Shown: positions 13,561 through 26,034, counted from the first letter of the whole stretch. The stretch is DNA of 63,321 bases, filler included, from Choristocarpus tenellus KU-1152 (GCA_964200185.2; 11 parts of 11 records of this genome joined end to end with filler, not necessarily neighbours in it); one strand, 5' to 3'. A program made the numbers and translations. The notes: generated by a model from the sequence alone, not told the origin.

Positions 13561-14371
13561 TTGGGACGATCAGCGGATGGGAGGGACCGTGACCAAGTAC
13601 CAGCCCCACTACACAGTGAAAGTTGGAGAAAAGCGAGTCAGCTACCACTACGAGGTCAAAATGGGAGAATGGCGACTTGCGAAATATGCAGCTCCTTGTC
13701 CAACACTACAGCATTGACCAAGACCCTCCTACATGGGCCTGGTTCTGGACAAGTCCTACACTGCCACTATATTGACGACAGACACGGCTTTGAGGAACAA
13801 CATAGGCCAATTTCTGTTCATGAGTCACCCTCCACTTCGCCAGTCGACACATGCCTCCACAGACATGTTATGATGGAAAGAATGGACGTTATCTAAACCA
13901 ACGGACTTACGCATTTCAAATTTTGACTTTATTTTCTTCCCGAAGAGTTTGTGTTGAGGTGTCCTCGTACACATGTTTTTATTGGCCCGATGGCAACACA
14001 AATTCGTCTCCATTGGTGCGTTCTGCCACCATCCTCTAATGCTTTTACTGTAATGCCCCAATCCTTTTTCTCCCCCCTTTGCGCTGATAGGACCGCAGAG
14101 CAATTGGCAGAAACCTTTTCAGAAATACAAGTTGGCGCACAAGCATCTCATACTGCACACCACCATCTTCAGTCAGCACAAGCCGAGATTTCCACAACAT
14201 ATATCATCTTTTCCACACCCGAACCAAGCGCCGGCAACCACCCAGACTCCAGGCTTTGAACCCAACGACAACTTCCCTGAGCCATAAAAACGTAGTCTAC
14301 ACCCACTCAAGCGCCAAGCGTAGATCCTGAACGCGTTTCACCCCAAAACACTTCATACAAGAACGGTGACT

Positions 14372-14579
14372 GGGTTCAAGTATCGTGGGGGGTGGTGGTT
14401 TGTGAGGGGGCGTCTGTTTCGGTCCGGACCAATTACTAAAAAATGATTGCAATTTCTATCTTCGGTTGCGGAGTATTCACGACTGAAGACAGCAATTCCT
14501 ACGATTTTTGAGGACTTTGTCCGGACCGAAACGGACGTCCCCTTACAAACCGCCCCTCACCCCCCAGATACTTTGACCC
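14372..14579. mobile_element. MITE-C full length, about 55-60 bp TIRs, TSD GACT
   Basis: GGGTTCAAGTATC..CGGTCCGGAC / GTCCGGACCG..GATACTTTGACCC with GACT on both flanks. Confidence 0.9.
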
Positions 14580-17424
14580 GACTTTTGGTCAAAACCATCA
14601 CCCTTCTTACCTTCAATCCTTACTTTTTATCTTGAACGAAACTTTGAGTCGAGCTTTGAGCTAAGCACTGAGTGGAATATCAAGAGAGAAGGATACCTGA
14701 CACCCTAAAAACTGCTATCAAGGGCAACGTTCCCATAGCATCGTTTTAAGGTCGTTGGATTCGAGTTGCATATCCTGTGGAGGTGAGTTCTGAGGGGCAC
14801 GCTGTAACATGGAGGTCCTACCGCCTCTCTCCAAACTGCAGAGAATACTCCGTATTCACCTCAACACTTAGGATTCCTTGTAGCTTCCTACGTCCGTCTG
14901 GATTCTTTTTTTGTTCCAGTTGGGTTTGTGGTCTTCATTCGTCGTCTACGGTATTTCCTCCTTGGCCTCGTCGTCTTCATGGGTGTAATGGCTTCTGTGA
15001 CTCCGAGGGAATCACCCTTCTATAGCCGTAAATCGAGTGGCCTCTGATTGCCACATCATTCATCTATAGTCATAAAATGAGTGGTCTTTGATCACCATGG
15101 TCGGGATGTTGCCTAGTTAGTCAATTGTTCTGCATTCCTTTACTCACACATTCCTGTTCTCTTTTGCTTGCCACCTTGCCCTTTATCTCCCAGGTTCGCA
15201 GACATGTCTGAATCACAGTATACTTGCAAGAAGTTGAGGTCGCCTCCAACCCGCAGATTCTCCAAGGAATCGATGATTCCGAGAGATTCCAGCCCAGTAC
15301 CACACCTCAAGGCAATTCTGGTCGCAGCCATGTACACGCTGCTGAACGTCGAGGCAGGCGCAGAGAGCACCTTCGTTTTCGGTCTTCCACTCGTGGCAGA
15401 TCTCGCTCCAGGTTGAGATCCCGGGACAGGCTCTCTCATCAACACGGACGGAGGACCAGAGAAGAACACAGAGGTCGCACCCCCGTTCAGCACAACATCA
15501 CCGTCGGATCAGTGATTTTTATTCTTCACACAGGTCTGTATCACCCAGACCATCTCGGAGGAATAGCCTGAGTACAGTGCATCGGTCCAGAGAGGTTGAG
15601 GCACAGTTGCGAAGAGAAATTCATGAGTTGCGTACACGAGCTGAGTCGAATGAGTCACAATCCGGTAGGCAGCAGCGAGACAGAGCCTCTCGCAACCTCG
15701 ACATGCGTTATCATCAAGATTGTGTTAAAACCATGGAACTCATTCATAAGAAACTCGGAGAGACCCTGCCAACGGTCCCGTCTTTCTTAGAGTACCTGCA
15801 GATAACTCCGCCCCAACCATGTCAAACAATCCCGTTTTTCTCACTGACACTCTTACCAAGGCTTTAGGGAGGGTTCAAGGAGGATCGTGGGCCTTACCCA
15901 AAGACCATGCCCACTATCGTAGTACATCACATCCACGTAGTGATGCCCTTACCCCCTTCCGCATCGAGCTTCTTGAGCAACTCCTGTCTGACTCTATTAG
16001 GACCCACAGTGATCACCTAAGCGACTCATCTACAGTGGAAGTCCCGAGCGTCACCGGACAACTCCTTCTGGTTCCTTGGGAAGACATGACAGCGACTGAG
16101 TGGGTTCGTATCCTGGTGAGAGAATACACTCTTTCTTATAGTCAGTCGAAAAATGCCGTAAAGAACGCGATGAGATCTTTAAGGACCGAGAGAGGGGAAT
16201 CGTGGAAAGCTGCAGCCAACCTTCTTGTCTTACATTATCGAGCGTGCACCGTAGATTCGCGGATGCCCCTCATGTTTGCGAGACAACTTTCTTTTGGAGG
16301 TATATAGCTGAAGATCAACCCATTGATCTATGCGAACGAGCTCTTCCTATTCTTCTTCCCAATGTTCTAGATCAGATTGGAGTACAGTCGATGACATTTT
16401 CATTTCGAAAGGAGGTTCGGAACCAAATTCGCCCACTGGCAATTTCCCAGAATAATCCTTTAGGAGATGAAATGGTACAGCGGGGAATTAAGGCAGAATG
16501 GATCTTCAATCTAATTGAAGAATTGTCCAATCGTAGCGACCAGTACGCATTTGTCCCAACCAATCAAAATGCTACAAAATCTACGTCGTACAAGGATAAG
16601 ACACCGACTGCTTTAGATAGCATGTCTAATGCTCGTGCTCTGTTTACAAGCATATCCGACCCTTTGTCTGCCTCAGTGGAAACCCCGATAGGCAGACAGG
16701 AACTAGGACTCCCCCAACATAGCAGGACATCCTTGCCACGAGCGGTGCCAAGACAGAGTCCACCACCACACCAAGAGGTGGTCAACAGTGTGCTGGCGGC
16801 CCTCGCATCGATGCTCCAACCTGTTTTGTCCCAAAAAACCCTGCCCACTGTCTGTGCTTCGTTGACAAACTAACCTGCTTCTGTTCCTGGGAAACATGGG
16901 ACTTCGTTCGTTTCTAAGAGCAATGCATCCGCACCCGTTTGACCTGCAACACCCGCCACCCAATCTGTGCCCCGATCCACGTCTCCTTTAACTACAGACA
17001 GAGCAAGCGATGCAGGTCGACACCATTCGGGTAAGGATTTACCTTTACAATCTGCTTCTTAAGATGAGGTTGTTGAGTGGCTCAAGGCACATCGAGTTTG
17101 CTTCCATCACGCTTTCGGTCGCGAATGCTTCAAGCCTATCAGCCGCAGGTGCAGGTATACCCACCACAACCCCATAGTACCTAATGGTTAGTTACTTCGC
17201 ATATCTTTCCTAAGACAAGCAAAATACTACCCCAACGAACGAGTCGCGTACGATGGTAGCCTTGACAGATTCCCATTTGCATTACCTTGTCGTGATGCAG
17301 GACTTTGAGTTTCAATCACTATTTGCAAGTAGCCCGATCGATTCTATAGCACCTGAGTTGCCCTGAAGGTGCGTCCTGGAGTCTTCAGCTCCAGGGAACT
17401 TAGCCACTGTAACCATAGGAAGCA

Positions 17425-17597
17425 GACTCAAAGTATCTGGGAGGGGTTGGCGGCTGTCCATTTGGGGTCAACTTTTTCATATCACGAGTTTTGGGTGATT
17501 TGGCTGCCATACGTCGGATGGATAATGCAAATGCACTTTTCCCGATCTTGATCCAAATGGACACCCTCGTCGTGTAGACCCCCAGATACTTTGGGTC
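17425..17597 (+). mobile_element. MITE-B full length; TSD AGCA
   Basis: GACTCAAAGTATCTGGG..CCCAGATACTTTGGGTC with AGCA on both flanks. Confidence 0.93.
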
Positions 17598-17699
17598 AGC
17601 ATGACACCCATATACACCTCGACAATATCCACTATGTCAACTGCCCAACGAACTAGTCAAGTATGGCTATCTGCGCTACTGTGGCACACCCTCGCAAAG

Positions 17700-18147
17700 T
17701 TCGCTCGAGAATGCCTGTACAGATACTCCTTGACACAGGTGCAGAAGGTGGGAACTCCATTTCATCTGCTTTTTGGCGCAGTACTACTCTCTCTGGGGGG
17801 GTAACACCGGCCTACCACAACTTCATCAAGCAGGTAAAGGTACGTTGCACGCGGCAAATCCGAAAATATTCAGTATTCCACCAATGCAGGTACTAGGGTC
17901 CTGCATACTGCCAATATTGTTTCCCCCAGAGGATAGAGTCCGCAATGTAACATTCAGAGTAGTGGAAGGCCTACCTTACGGGATGGTTCTGGGAGCAGTG
18001 TTCTGTAGGAAGAACAAGAGCATACTGTCATTTAGAGAGGGGGAAGGCCTTAGACCTGCTCCAAACTCACTATGGATACCTTTTGTCCGAGCTGTGACAC
18101 CCAGATCTAGTGATAACAATGCACCCCTGTCAGCCCAAGAAGAGTGA
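17700..18147 (+). pseudogene. retroviral-type aspartic protease (frameshifted)
   Basis: VQILLDTGAEGGNSIS ... FRVVEGLPYGMVLGAVF. Confidence 0.75.
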
Positions 18148-18731
18148 CAAGCATCGATGAAACCCACAACCTGACCATCAAAGTACCACAGACTGCCTCT
18201 TAATAACCTCAGATCAGCTGGATGTAGAGAACCCCCCCCTGACGCACTCCCTAGATTCCCAAGATGCACTAGTACTCCAACTGGTGAACATACGTAGCCA
18301 GAGAAGGAACATGCAACTTGTTTTTATATAGACCCAGAAGCAGGCACCCCAGATGCGGATCCAGAGGCAGGTATCGCCACAATAGATCTTACCCAGAACA
18401 AGGATCCTCTGACCCCATCATTGGAGAGTCCAGGCGTAGTACCCCTTTCGGTAGAGGTAGCGTGGGAGGATGATGGGATTCTGCAATGGGAATTGCATTT
18501 GTCAGAAGTAAAATATGTAGAAGGGTTTGTCAGCAAAGTCTGCAAAGGATTTGTTAAGGGGTCACAACCACAATCCAGACAGTTGGTGGTGAATGAGCCC
18601 TTATCAGAGTATAACCTGGAAATAGGGAATGCTGTCGGAGTTGCCAGAGGTGTACAATGGTGGAACCCAGGAACCCCCATTTATTGCAAGCTGGTAAATA
18701 CGTGCAGTAAGCCCAGTAGTGTCCAGGCAGG

Positions 18732-18831
18732 NNNNNNNNNNNNNNNNNNNNNNNNNNNNNNNNNNNNNNNNNNNNTTAATTAATTAANNNNNNNNNNNNN
18801 NNNNNNNNNNNNNNNNNNNNNNNNNNNNNNN
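18732..18831. other. artificial contig linker
   Basis: same 100-bp cassette. Confidence 0.99.
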
Positions 18832-18858
18832 CTCCCCCCCTCCCAGATACTTTGGGTC
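18832..18858 (+). mobile_element. MITE-B right end (cut by gap)
   Basis: CCCAGATACTTTGGGTC; the site is empty in the paralog near 11753. Confidence 0.8.
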
Positions 18859-20596
18859 ATTTGAGAAGTCAACTGTTGAGGAAGAAGAGACAGCTCGCTG
18901 AGGGGAACATATGCATCGTGCGGATGCAGCCATCGGAGTGGTACAGTGGAATAAACTTCTTGCCGTTCACTGTCCACCGCAAGGACACGATTCAATGGAA
19001 TGCCAGGCACCACTCCAGCTACGGAGGGATGTTCAGTGCTCGAGATGAGGTCGTCTTTATCACTGAAGACTTCGAGGTGCTGAGTGCTAGCTTTGTTGAT
19101 GGAGCGCCAACTATTCACATGTCACGGACGGACAAGGTGAGAAACGCTTCTTATTGCTTCTAAGAGAGCAATGCCCCACACAAATGAGTCCACACTGTCC
19201 ATGTACAGATGTCACTTATCCCCTGGTATCCCCTCTAATCCAAATACATTCCTCCCATAACGTCCAGTCCTGACATCCAAACCAGTGCCACTTTCTTCTC
19301 CTGATCTACAGCCACCACTGACACCTTTCACATAATATTTTACAAGTTCCGTGCGGCAAATAAGCGTATCCCATTCATTCATTTGACTAAGTGTATCCTC
19401 TATCCTATATAAAACTACCCTTCCTCAAAAACATCCACAAACAACACCCCCCTAAACAACCAAACAAGGCCATCACGTGCAAACACATGCCAATAGTCCA
19501 ACACACCAACACAGGCCCTGCAACGAAGATGTTTGTGGTGATGCAGGACGCACAACCGGGTTGCCGCGTCGTGCCTCTTCAGGCTATCATTATCCTAGGC
19601 TTCACAGACATCGACCACAACCACCTGGACAACACATTTACAATCATGCCTGGTCAATACCAGAGGTTCACCTCGGAATCCAACCGGCAATCCCTCGGTG
19701 GAATACCTGCTCGCTTCTCAAGGCAACTCAGACTTGGGGACACATCCGACGCCAGGTTTGGTCGAGGAACCAGCTTCATCCTATGCGTGAGTGGGGGGGC
19801 TATCGTACAGGGGAAGGTCATGTAGATGGTTCAGGGGCGTACATTTACTCAGTATCCTACCTTCCAGACGATGGAGAAAAATCTTTGCCCCCTCAACTGA
19901 GGTCGTACATGACAGAGGACGAGATCGAGGAGGGTGTCAACCAACTTCGGGAGAAGAACAAGAGGGATAGTGACGAGACTGCAGCCCAGTGTGTCAGACA
20001 ACGCCACTGGTCGATTGTTGACCGCCAGCGGAAGCGTAGGGACATGGAGAAGGATACATAGAAATATATACTCCTTGAAACTCCACTGAGGGCTGTGCCA
20101 GATTTAGATGAGGGAGAAACACTCAACGCCAGTGCCAAGGGCAGGGGACTATACTTCAGATGGGACGATCAGTAGATGTGAGGGACCGTGACCAAGTACC
20201 AGCCCCACTATACGGTGAACGTTGGAGAGGAGCGAGTCAGCTACCCCTACGAGATTAAATGGGAGAATATGCAGCTTCTTGTCAACACTACAGTATTGAC
20301 CAAGACGCTCCTACACGGGCCTGGTTCTGGACAAGTCCTACACTGCCACCATACTGACGACAGACACGGCTTTGAGGAGCAACCTAGGCCAATTCCTGTT
20401 CGTAAGTCACCCTCTACTTCGCCAATCAGACACATTCCTCGACAGACATGTTGTGCTGGAGAGGTCGGACGTGCTCTAAATCAACGAACTTATACATTTG
20501 GTATATTCATTTTATCTTCCTGACGAGTTTGCGTCTATGTGTCCTCATACGCATGTTTTTATTGGCCCGGTGGCAACCTAAATTTCATCTCGATTA
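18859..20596 (+). mobile_element. second copy of the 3' part of the Sola-like element
   Basis: collinear with about 11753-14015 but lacks both MITE-A insertions. Confidence 0.92.
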
Positions 20597-20703
20597 GGCT
20601 CAAAGTATCTGGGGGGGGGAGGGGGGTGGCGGCTGTCCATTTGGGGTCAATTTTTCCATGTTGCGATTTTTGGGTGATTTAGTTGCATACGTTGGATGGA
20701 TAA
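20597..20703 (+). mobile_element. MITE-B, left part, interrupted by LTR-like sequence
   Basis: GGCTCAAAGTATCTGGGG..GGATGGATAA followed by an abrupt switch. Confidence 0.88.
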
Positions 20704-20959
20704 TGTCGAATAACCTAGTGTCATCCTTACCTTATCTGTGCTGATCAAATAAATAACATAGGTTATATGTACGTTTATAATTAGTTAGGTACGATACAAA
20801 GTACGAACGTGCATAAAAATACAATAAGCCAACATTCATTCACACGTCAGTGATAATGCATGACTGGCGGACAATAAATAATTCAATGTATGTTTTACCA
20901 TGTAATTGAACTACTAGCTTTCGGCGACGAGCCTTACACATTCGCCAAGCTTTTCAACA
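20704..20959. repeat. putative LTR (TG..CA)
   Basis: TGTCGAAT...TTTCAACA imperfect terminal inverted repeats, 80 bp upstream of Copia gag; no clear PBS. Confidence 0.5.
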
Positions 20960-21038
20960 CCCTTAAGCGCCTAATCCAAACTCTAGCTAGGGGAGGCGCA
21001 GCCGGACTGGTTTGGTTTGAGTTGGTATTACATCACTC

Positions 21039-21908
21039 ATGCCCTCAGATGGGATCCACACCAAACTCCTTCAGCTCACGGATGACAACTATGCAGACTG
21101 GTTTGCTACAACCCGTGCATTTTTGGGGGCGAAGGAGGATATTGATGAGGCATTGGAGCATAGAAGGGAACCCATCAGAGTGGGTGACATTGAATATACT
21201 AAGGGAGAAGATGTCAGTGAAGAAGAGGTCACCAAGGCTAAGAAGGATTATGACGTCCTGCTAAGGAGCACCAGTGGGATATACAGGTGTATTGTCTGTA
21301 ATGCAGCCTCACCTTCAGCAGCCTGGAAACAGCTACGTGAACACTTCCTTACTCAGACAGATGAGGAAATAGACAGACTCCAAAGGAAAGTAATGACTAT
21401 CAAAATGCCTCGGGGGTCAGACCTCCAAATCACTTTTACAATGATGTTGGACTGGGTTAGCCAAATGGCGATGATGGGGCATGTGATGTCCGAGCAGGTC
21501 CTAGAAATCGCTATGTTAGACTGTTTGGATGACGACTACCAGATCACCAAACACTATCTCCAGCACCATCATAAGAGTGAGCGTTCGCGAGCCATGATAC
21601 AGCAAGCTGCTTGTTCGCGCTACTTCTCTCATCAACGGGAAGCAGCTGAACGTGGAGAGCCAGGGAGCGCTCTGTCCGCCCAGACCCAGCTAAAGGTTAG
21701 GTGGCAACCAAGGTACAACTGGTCCTCGTACACACCCTGGGACGACAGTATCCCGTACCAGGGGGCTGACCAAGGCCAGATAAATATGCACAAGGTGCGG
21801 ATTGGTAAAACACACAGGTCCTTTCACTTATATAGGACTGTGATACAGCAGCGGGAGCAGAGGTCACCAGCAAGTTGTTTTCCCTCAGAGGAGGGTAGTA
21901 CCACATAA
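21039..21908 (+). CDS. Copia-type Gag (UBN2/Retrotran_gag_2-like)
   Basis: LTDDNYADW, SPSAAWKQLREHF, MLDCLDDDY pattern, followed by protease. Confidence 0.8.
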   Translation: MPSDGIHTKLLQLTDDNYADWFATTRAFLGAKEDIDEALEHRREPIRVGDIEYTKGEDVSEEEVTKAKKDYDVLLRSTSGIYRCIVCNAASPSAAWKQLREHFLTQTDEEIDRLQRKVMTIKMPRGSDLQITFTMMLDWVSQMAMMGHVMSEQVLEIAMLDCLDDDYQITKHYLQHHHKSERSRAMIQQAACSRYFSHQREAAERGEPGSALSAQTQLKVRWQPRYNWSSYTPWDDSIPYQGADQGQINMHKVRIGKTHRSFHLYRTVIQQREQRSPASCFPSEEGSTT

Positions 21909-22024
21909 GTCGGTGGTAAGTTCATACCGCCAGAGGGCGACTCCGCTCAAGTCGGTGGAAGAACTAGCTGGATCAGAGGAACCGACTAGACCAGGGAGGA
22001 AGTTTAAGACCACGTTAAGCCACC

Positions 22025-22220
22025 ATGGCTGATAATGGCAAGGTGAAATTGGATGCTTTCGAAACGTGGTGTTTCGATTCGGGTGCCTCCAATAGTGTGA
22101 CAAAAGATTCGACTCATATGTATGACTTCATCACATGTCCACAAGGCCACAATATGACCGTGACTGATGGCACATCACTGCCCATTGTGGGGTATGGCAA
22201 GATTGATTGGAAATTCAATG
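22025..22220 (+). pseudogene. Copia protease fragment
   Basis: WCFDSGASNSVT..VTDGTSLPIVGYGKI. Confidence 0.85.
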
Positions 22221-22645
22221 TTTGGCCCCGACGAGCGGGTGCATGTTACTTTGGCGTCTATCGCATCTGTCCCAAATATAGCATACGATCTTGTATCCTA
22301 ACGCTCTGCTTGAAGGATGAGGACGAGATAGTAGTGGTGTTTTATTTGTTATTATCTGCATACTTCCCTTCACATCTCCCGAGGATTGGAAGACACATCG
22401 TATCTACTCTCAGTCCAAGAACTGGGGGGTGTTGAGAATAACATCTCCTGGACTGATCGAGAGGACAAGGGGAATATGAGAGAGACGTTTATTGTTATGG
22501 ATAAATGTCTAGATTGGTGAGAGTTCAGGAAGTGGAGACCGGATGCTGAGGTCACGATTGTGCAAGCTTCTTTGATTTTTCTGCTGTTTTGTTTTGTAAG
22601 AGTTCCATTGTGGAGGGGGTAAGGTGGGTTGGGGTGTGGGGGTAG

Positions 22646-22745
22646 NNNNNNNNNNNNNNNNNNNNNNNNNNNNNNNNNNNNNNNNNNNNTTAATTAATTA
22701 ANNNNNNNNNNNNNNNNNNNNNNNNNNNNNNNNNNNNNNNNNNNN
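22646..22745. other. artificial contig linker
   Basis: same 100-bp cassette. Confidence 0.99.
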
Positions 22746-22955
22746 ATCCAATGTTGCGTTTTTGATGTAATTTTGGCCATCGTGTTTGTTAGAAGGTGTC
22801 AATATACATGTTCTGGACACACCTTTTCATAACGTATATATTTTACCTACTCCTAAACATTTTGGAGTAGGAAAATGTCCTAAACAACCCCATGGGATCC
22901 AAGCCCCAAATGGACAAAAAGGGAAAAATTCGTACCCTCTAAGATACTTTCACTC
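22746..22955 (-). mobile_element. MITE-A partial (cut by gap)
   Basis: internal hairpin and terminus TACCCTCTAAGATACTTTCACTC. Confidence 0.93.
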
Positions 22956-25037
22956 TGTTGCTCTTTTGACGAATTATTGGTAGGTAGTGGACTCATGTTC
23001 TTTCAGGCCCATTGGCAAGGCTGACGGACCTTCACGCTGGGTTCCACCAGAAAACCGGCCTCCTGTGCAAGCAATGTTAATACTGCCTTCATCCTGGTGC
23101 CAGAAACCTTGGCGTTGGCTAGGGAGCTACCCTCATCCTGACAAATAAGGATACCAAATTGGGTTGCTGAGAAATTGTGATGGAATATAGAAACAAGGCA
23201 CAGGTTGAATGGCTATTCTCTGTATGGTCCATTTGCTATGATCATCAGTAATTGATCTATACCGCCTCCAGGTTCTTTGACTGTGACCTCACACATGTTG
23301 TGATGAAGGCAAACACATATACAAAGTAGCATCAGCGATCTCACTGCTACACGACAACACGCTAAGCATACATCTGTGCAAGATTACGGTCATACCTGTC
23401 CAGTTTCGGTTAAACAAGACATTCACAAAACACCATTGGAACCACGGACAACATTTGGACTTTGTCGACCCAAGAAACTATGTTTCGGACCCCTTTTGAC
23501 ATCCTCTGAGAGGTGAGTAGGTATTTAAAAAAATACTATGTATCCACCCCCAGTTTGTGTTCCAAAAACGATTAGAAGAGCCATGCCATGCACAACTGGA
23601 AACATTTGCCCTGACTGCATATCACCTCATCTTCTCCAAGTCCTTCACCACCTGCCCCCCCTTCTACCGAAGAAAAGTCTGCTGTGATGGAGGTGGCAGT
23701 AACAGAGGCTGCTTGGGTGTTTGGACTTGAGTCCAGGTTGAGCAAGAGGTCCATTTTTGGAGATCGCCATTCCCACCCGAGCTGTTGTTGATGGATTATA
23801 TCATCTGCCTGTCATGGTCAATTTTTCCGAGTGATGTGTTGATTGAGTAATTGAGCTAGGTCGGGTTTGAATGGATTTTGATGGAGAATTATGCCAGGGG
23901 TGGAGATTAGGGGGGGGAAGGTAATGATCAGAGAAGGAGAGGAAGGATGTAAACCACATACTGATCAATTGAGTGACCCAGCCAAAGATTTCTGGAGTAT
24001 CAATTGAGTACGAGAACACCGAGAAAAATATGTGGAAAAAACTGAAGCAAAGCAATTTTAATCCAACATCTCGAGTAGATTTGAATTTGCTCTTGTGTTA
24101 AAGTAGAGCTCTTACACCAAAATTAGATGTGAGTTAGGGAACACCCCCCAAACAGCACATATGTAGTTCAATAGGACAGACTATAATATTCTATATCTAT
24201 CATCGATTCTGTTGAATATCTTTGATCTGGGGCCTTCCTTCCGTTGTCTGTGTCATTATTACAATTTGCAGTACTGATGTGGGCATGACAATTCACTATG
24301 CTGATAATGCAATTGTACATATCATACTTTTCTAGCACTGTGAAACACATGAACTACCTACACTTCGAATAGAGACTTGGATTCAAGCCAAGGGGGCACA
24401 CAATGTCCCCTAACCCTTGAACACTTCAAGTCAACACTGATGATGCGACAGGTTTTACAGTGAACACTAGTCGCTCAGGCGATGAATAAAATGTACAGTG
24501 TTGACACAATTAGGTGTGACTGGATTGGAACCTCCTGTATGCTCTGTTGACATCTGTATCATGCATATAATGGATGTTCTTTGCCCTCACAATTTCAACC
24601 TCAGAACTGTGAAGCACTTCAAATGAAAGGTAGTCAATATGGAACATTAACCATGGGCGCTCGGGAGGGATATATCCTTCACCAACAGCCCAAAAACAAT
24701 CGTGTTTACTACCAAGGATCCAGTCTAAAGTGTATTTCAGCAAATCAGCACAACCACAAAGATTGCACCCTTAAGCTATCCATTTCCTAACTACAGGCCA
24801 CAACAGATCGCCCTAATTGAAACACGAATCAGCAATAATTGTGCACAGGGTTGTAGAGGCGCCCAGGATGGAACAAGTGAACTACGATACGTGGCGTGAC
24901 ACTAGCATGGATAAACCGCTGTGCAGAGCACATGTAATTCTGAATGCCAACAAGAGTCATTAAAAAAGAAATAAGTTCTACTTCGAAGTAAGGTTTTTAC
25001 AAAATAGGTGAATGAGCAAGAACTGAAATTGGAATTT

Positions 25038-25215
25038 GGCTCAAAGTATCTTGGGGAGGGGGAAGGATCTACACCAGAGTGTCTATTTGGACCCTGACCA
25101 GGAAAAGTGCACTTACATTATCCCTGCGACACATAAAATCAAATCATTCTAAGATTGCGACAAGGAAAAACGGACCCAAATGGACAGCCGCCACCCCCCT
25201 TAGATACTTTGAGCC
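25038..25215 (-). mobile_element. MITE-B full length; TSD TTT
   Basis: GGCTCAAAGTATCT..AGATACTTTGAGCC. Confidence 0.9.
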
Positions 25216-25884
25216 TTTGAGACAGTCTTGCTGTACGTGTACTCCTGGCCTGAAGCAGCAATTGTGCCAACATTTGAAGCTGGTCATGCCATAAATAGAC
25301 AAATAATGAAGATGAAGGTTTGCCACGTAACTCCCAATCTCCCCACGCTCCATGCAATACTGGTATCCCTGAATTGCCCTGAAATAGCTTCTATAACTCA
25401 ATAATATCTCAGGGCTTTTGGTGCTAAAATTATGGTCTTATCAGACTCGAGACACTCTAGGTTCTGGAAAAAAGGCCAGGGCTAAACTGCAAAACCGCAT
25501 GCCCCTACATCTCTATACCTGTAAGACCTTGTTGATCATCTCGAAGACCTCTTCACGATGCATTGACCACACCTTCAATATTGGGGATTGAGTTTGGTTG
25601 AATTTACACCCTGCATCCGGCAAAGAGGAGACCACTGAGTGACTCGCATGAGATGAAAACACAATGTATGGCTTCAAGCGGAGTGTAATTTTCACATTAT
25701 GAATTGGTGGGTATACCTCTTGTGAATGGAAGCCAGGGGTCGCGTTTGTGCCTAAACAAAACAATCTTAGCTGTAACTTGAAGGTGTTTTTTTAATATGA
25801 AGGATAAGTGATGTTTTATATCATGTCCATCCTATTGACTCATTCCAGCTAGCTCACTTTAACCCAGTTTGTCAGATTGAAGTT

Positions 25885-25934
25885 GGGTCAAAGTATCTGG
25901 GGGGGGGGGGGTAGTTTGTGAGGGGGCGTCCATT
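25885..25934. mobile_element. MITE-C end (cut by gap)
   Basis: GGGTCAAAGTATCTG(n)..TTTGTGAGGGGGCGTC matches the 14372 copy. Confidence 0.85.
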
Positions 25935-26034
25935 NNNNNNNNNNNNNNNNNNNNNNNNNNNNNNNNNNNNNNNNNNNNTTAATTAATTAANNNNNNNNNN
26001 NNNNNNNNNNNNNNNNNNNNNNNNNNNNNNNNNN
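25935..26034. other. artificial contig linker
   Basis: same 100-bp cassette. Confidence 0.99.

Larger units (their letters stand above)
7797..13680 (+). pseudogene. multi-exon Sola(2)-like DDD transposase pseudogene with long C-terminal extension
   Basis: ordered motifs STFMKWRPFYI, Cys clusters (CACTCEFC, CVDGTCNTC), MDFS, WS(D>E)GCGSQFKN, HGKSLSDGVGAVVK, GIKSMH..LSCYCTNC; GT-AG introns between the blocks; stops, frameshifts and MITE insertions. Superfamily assigned from recalled motif pattern, not a search. Confidence 0.7.
15190..18731 (+). mobile_element. decayed Gypsy-like LTR retrotransposon, gag and aspartic protease (cut by gap)
   Basis: frameshifted gag-like ORFs (Arg/Ser-rich start, helical core 15819-16600), then ILLDTGA protease motif and LPYGMVLG. 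Confidence 0.6.

Noticed and set aside
13990-14010. ..AAATTCGTCTC as the 3' terminus of the Sola-like element
   Set aside because: The paralog's homology stops at a MITE-B insertion a few bases later (20597), so the true end cannot be fixed.
14580-14800. LTR end and PBS (TGGAGGTGAG) of the 15190 Gypsy-like element
   Set aside because: There is no second LTR in the window, and I cannot verify tRNA complementarity.
22420-22645. PPT plus TGTTGAG as the matching 3' LTR of the 21039 Copia
   Set aside because: The sequence does not match the putative LTR at 20704-20959, so it cannot be paired.
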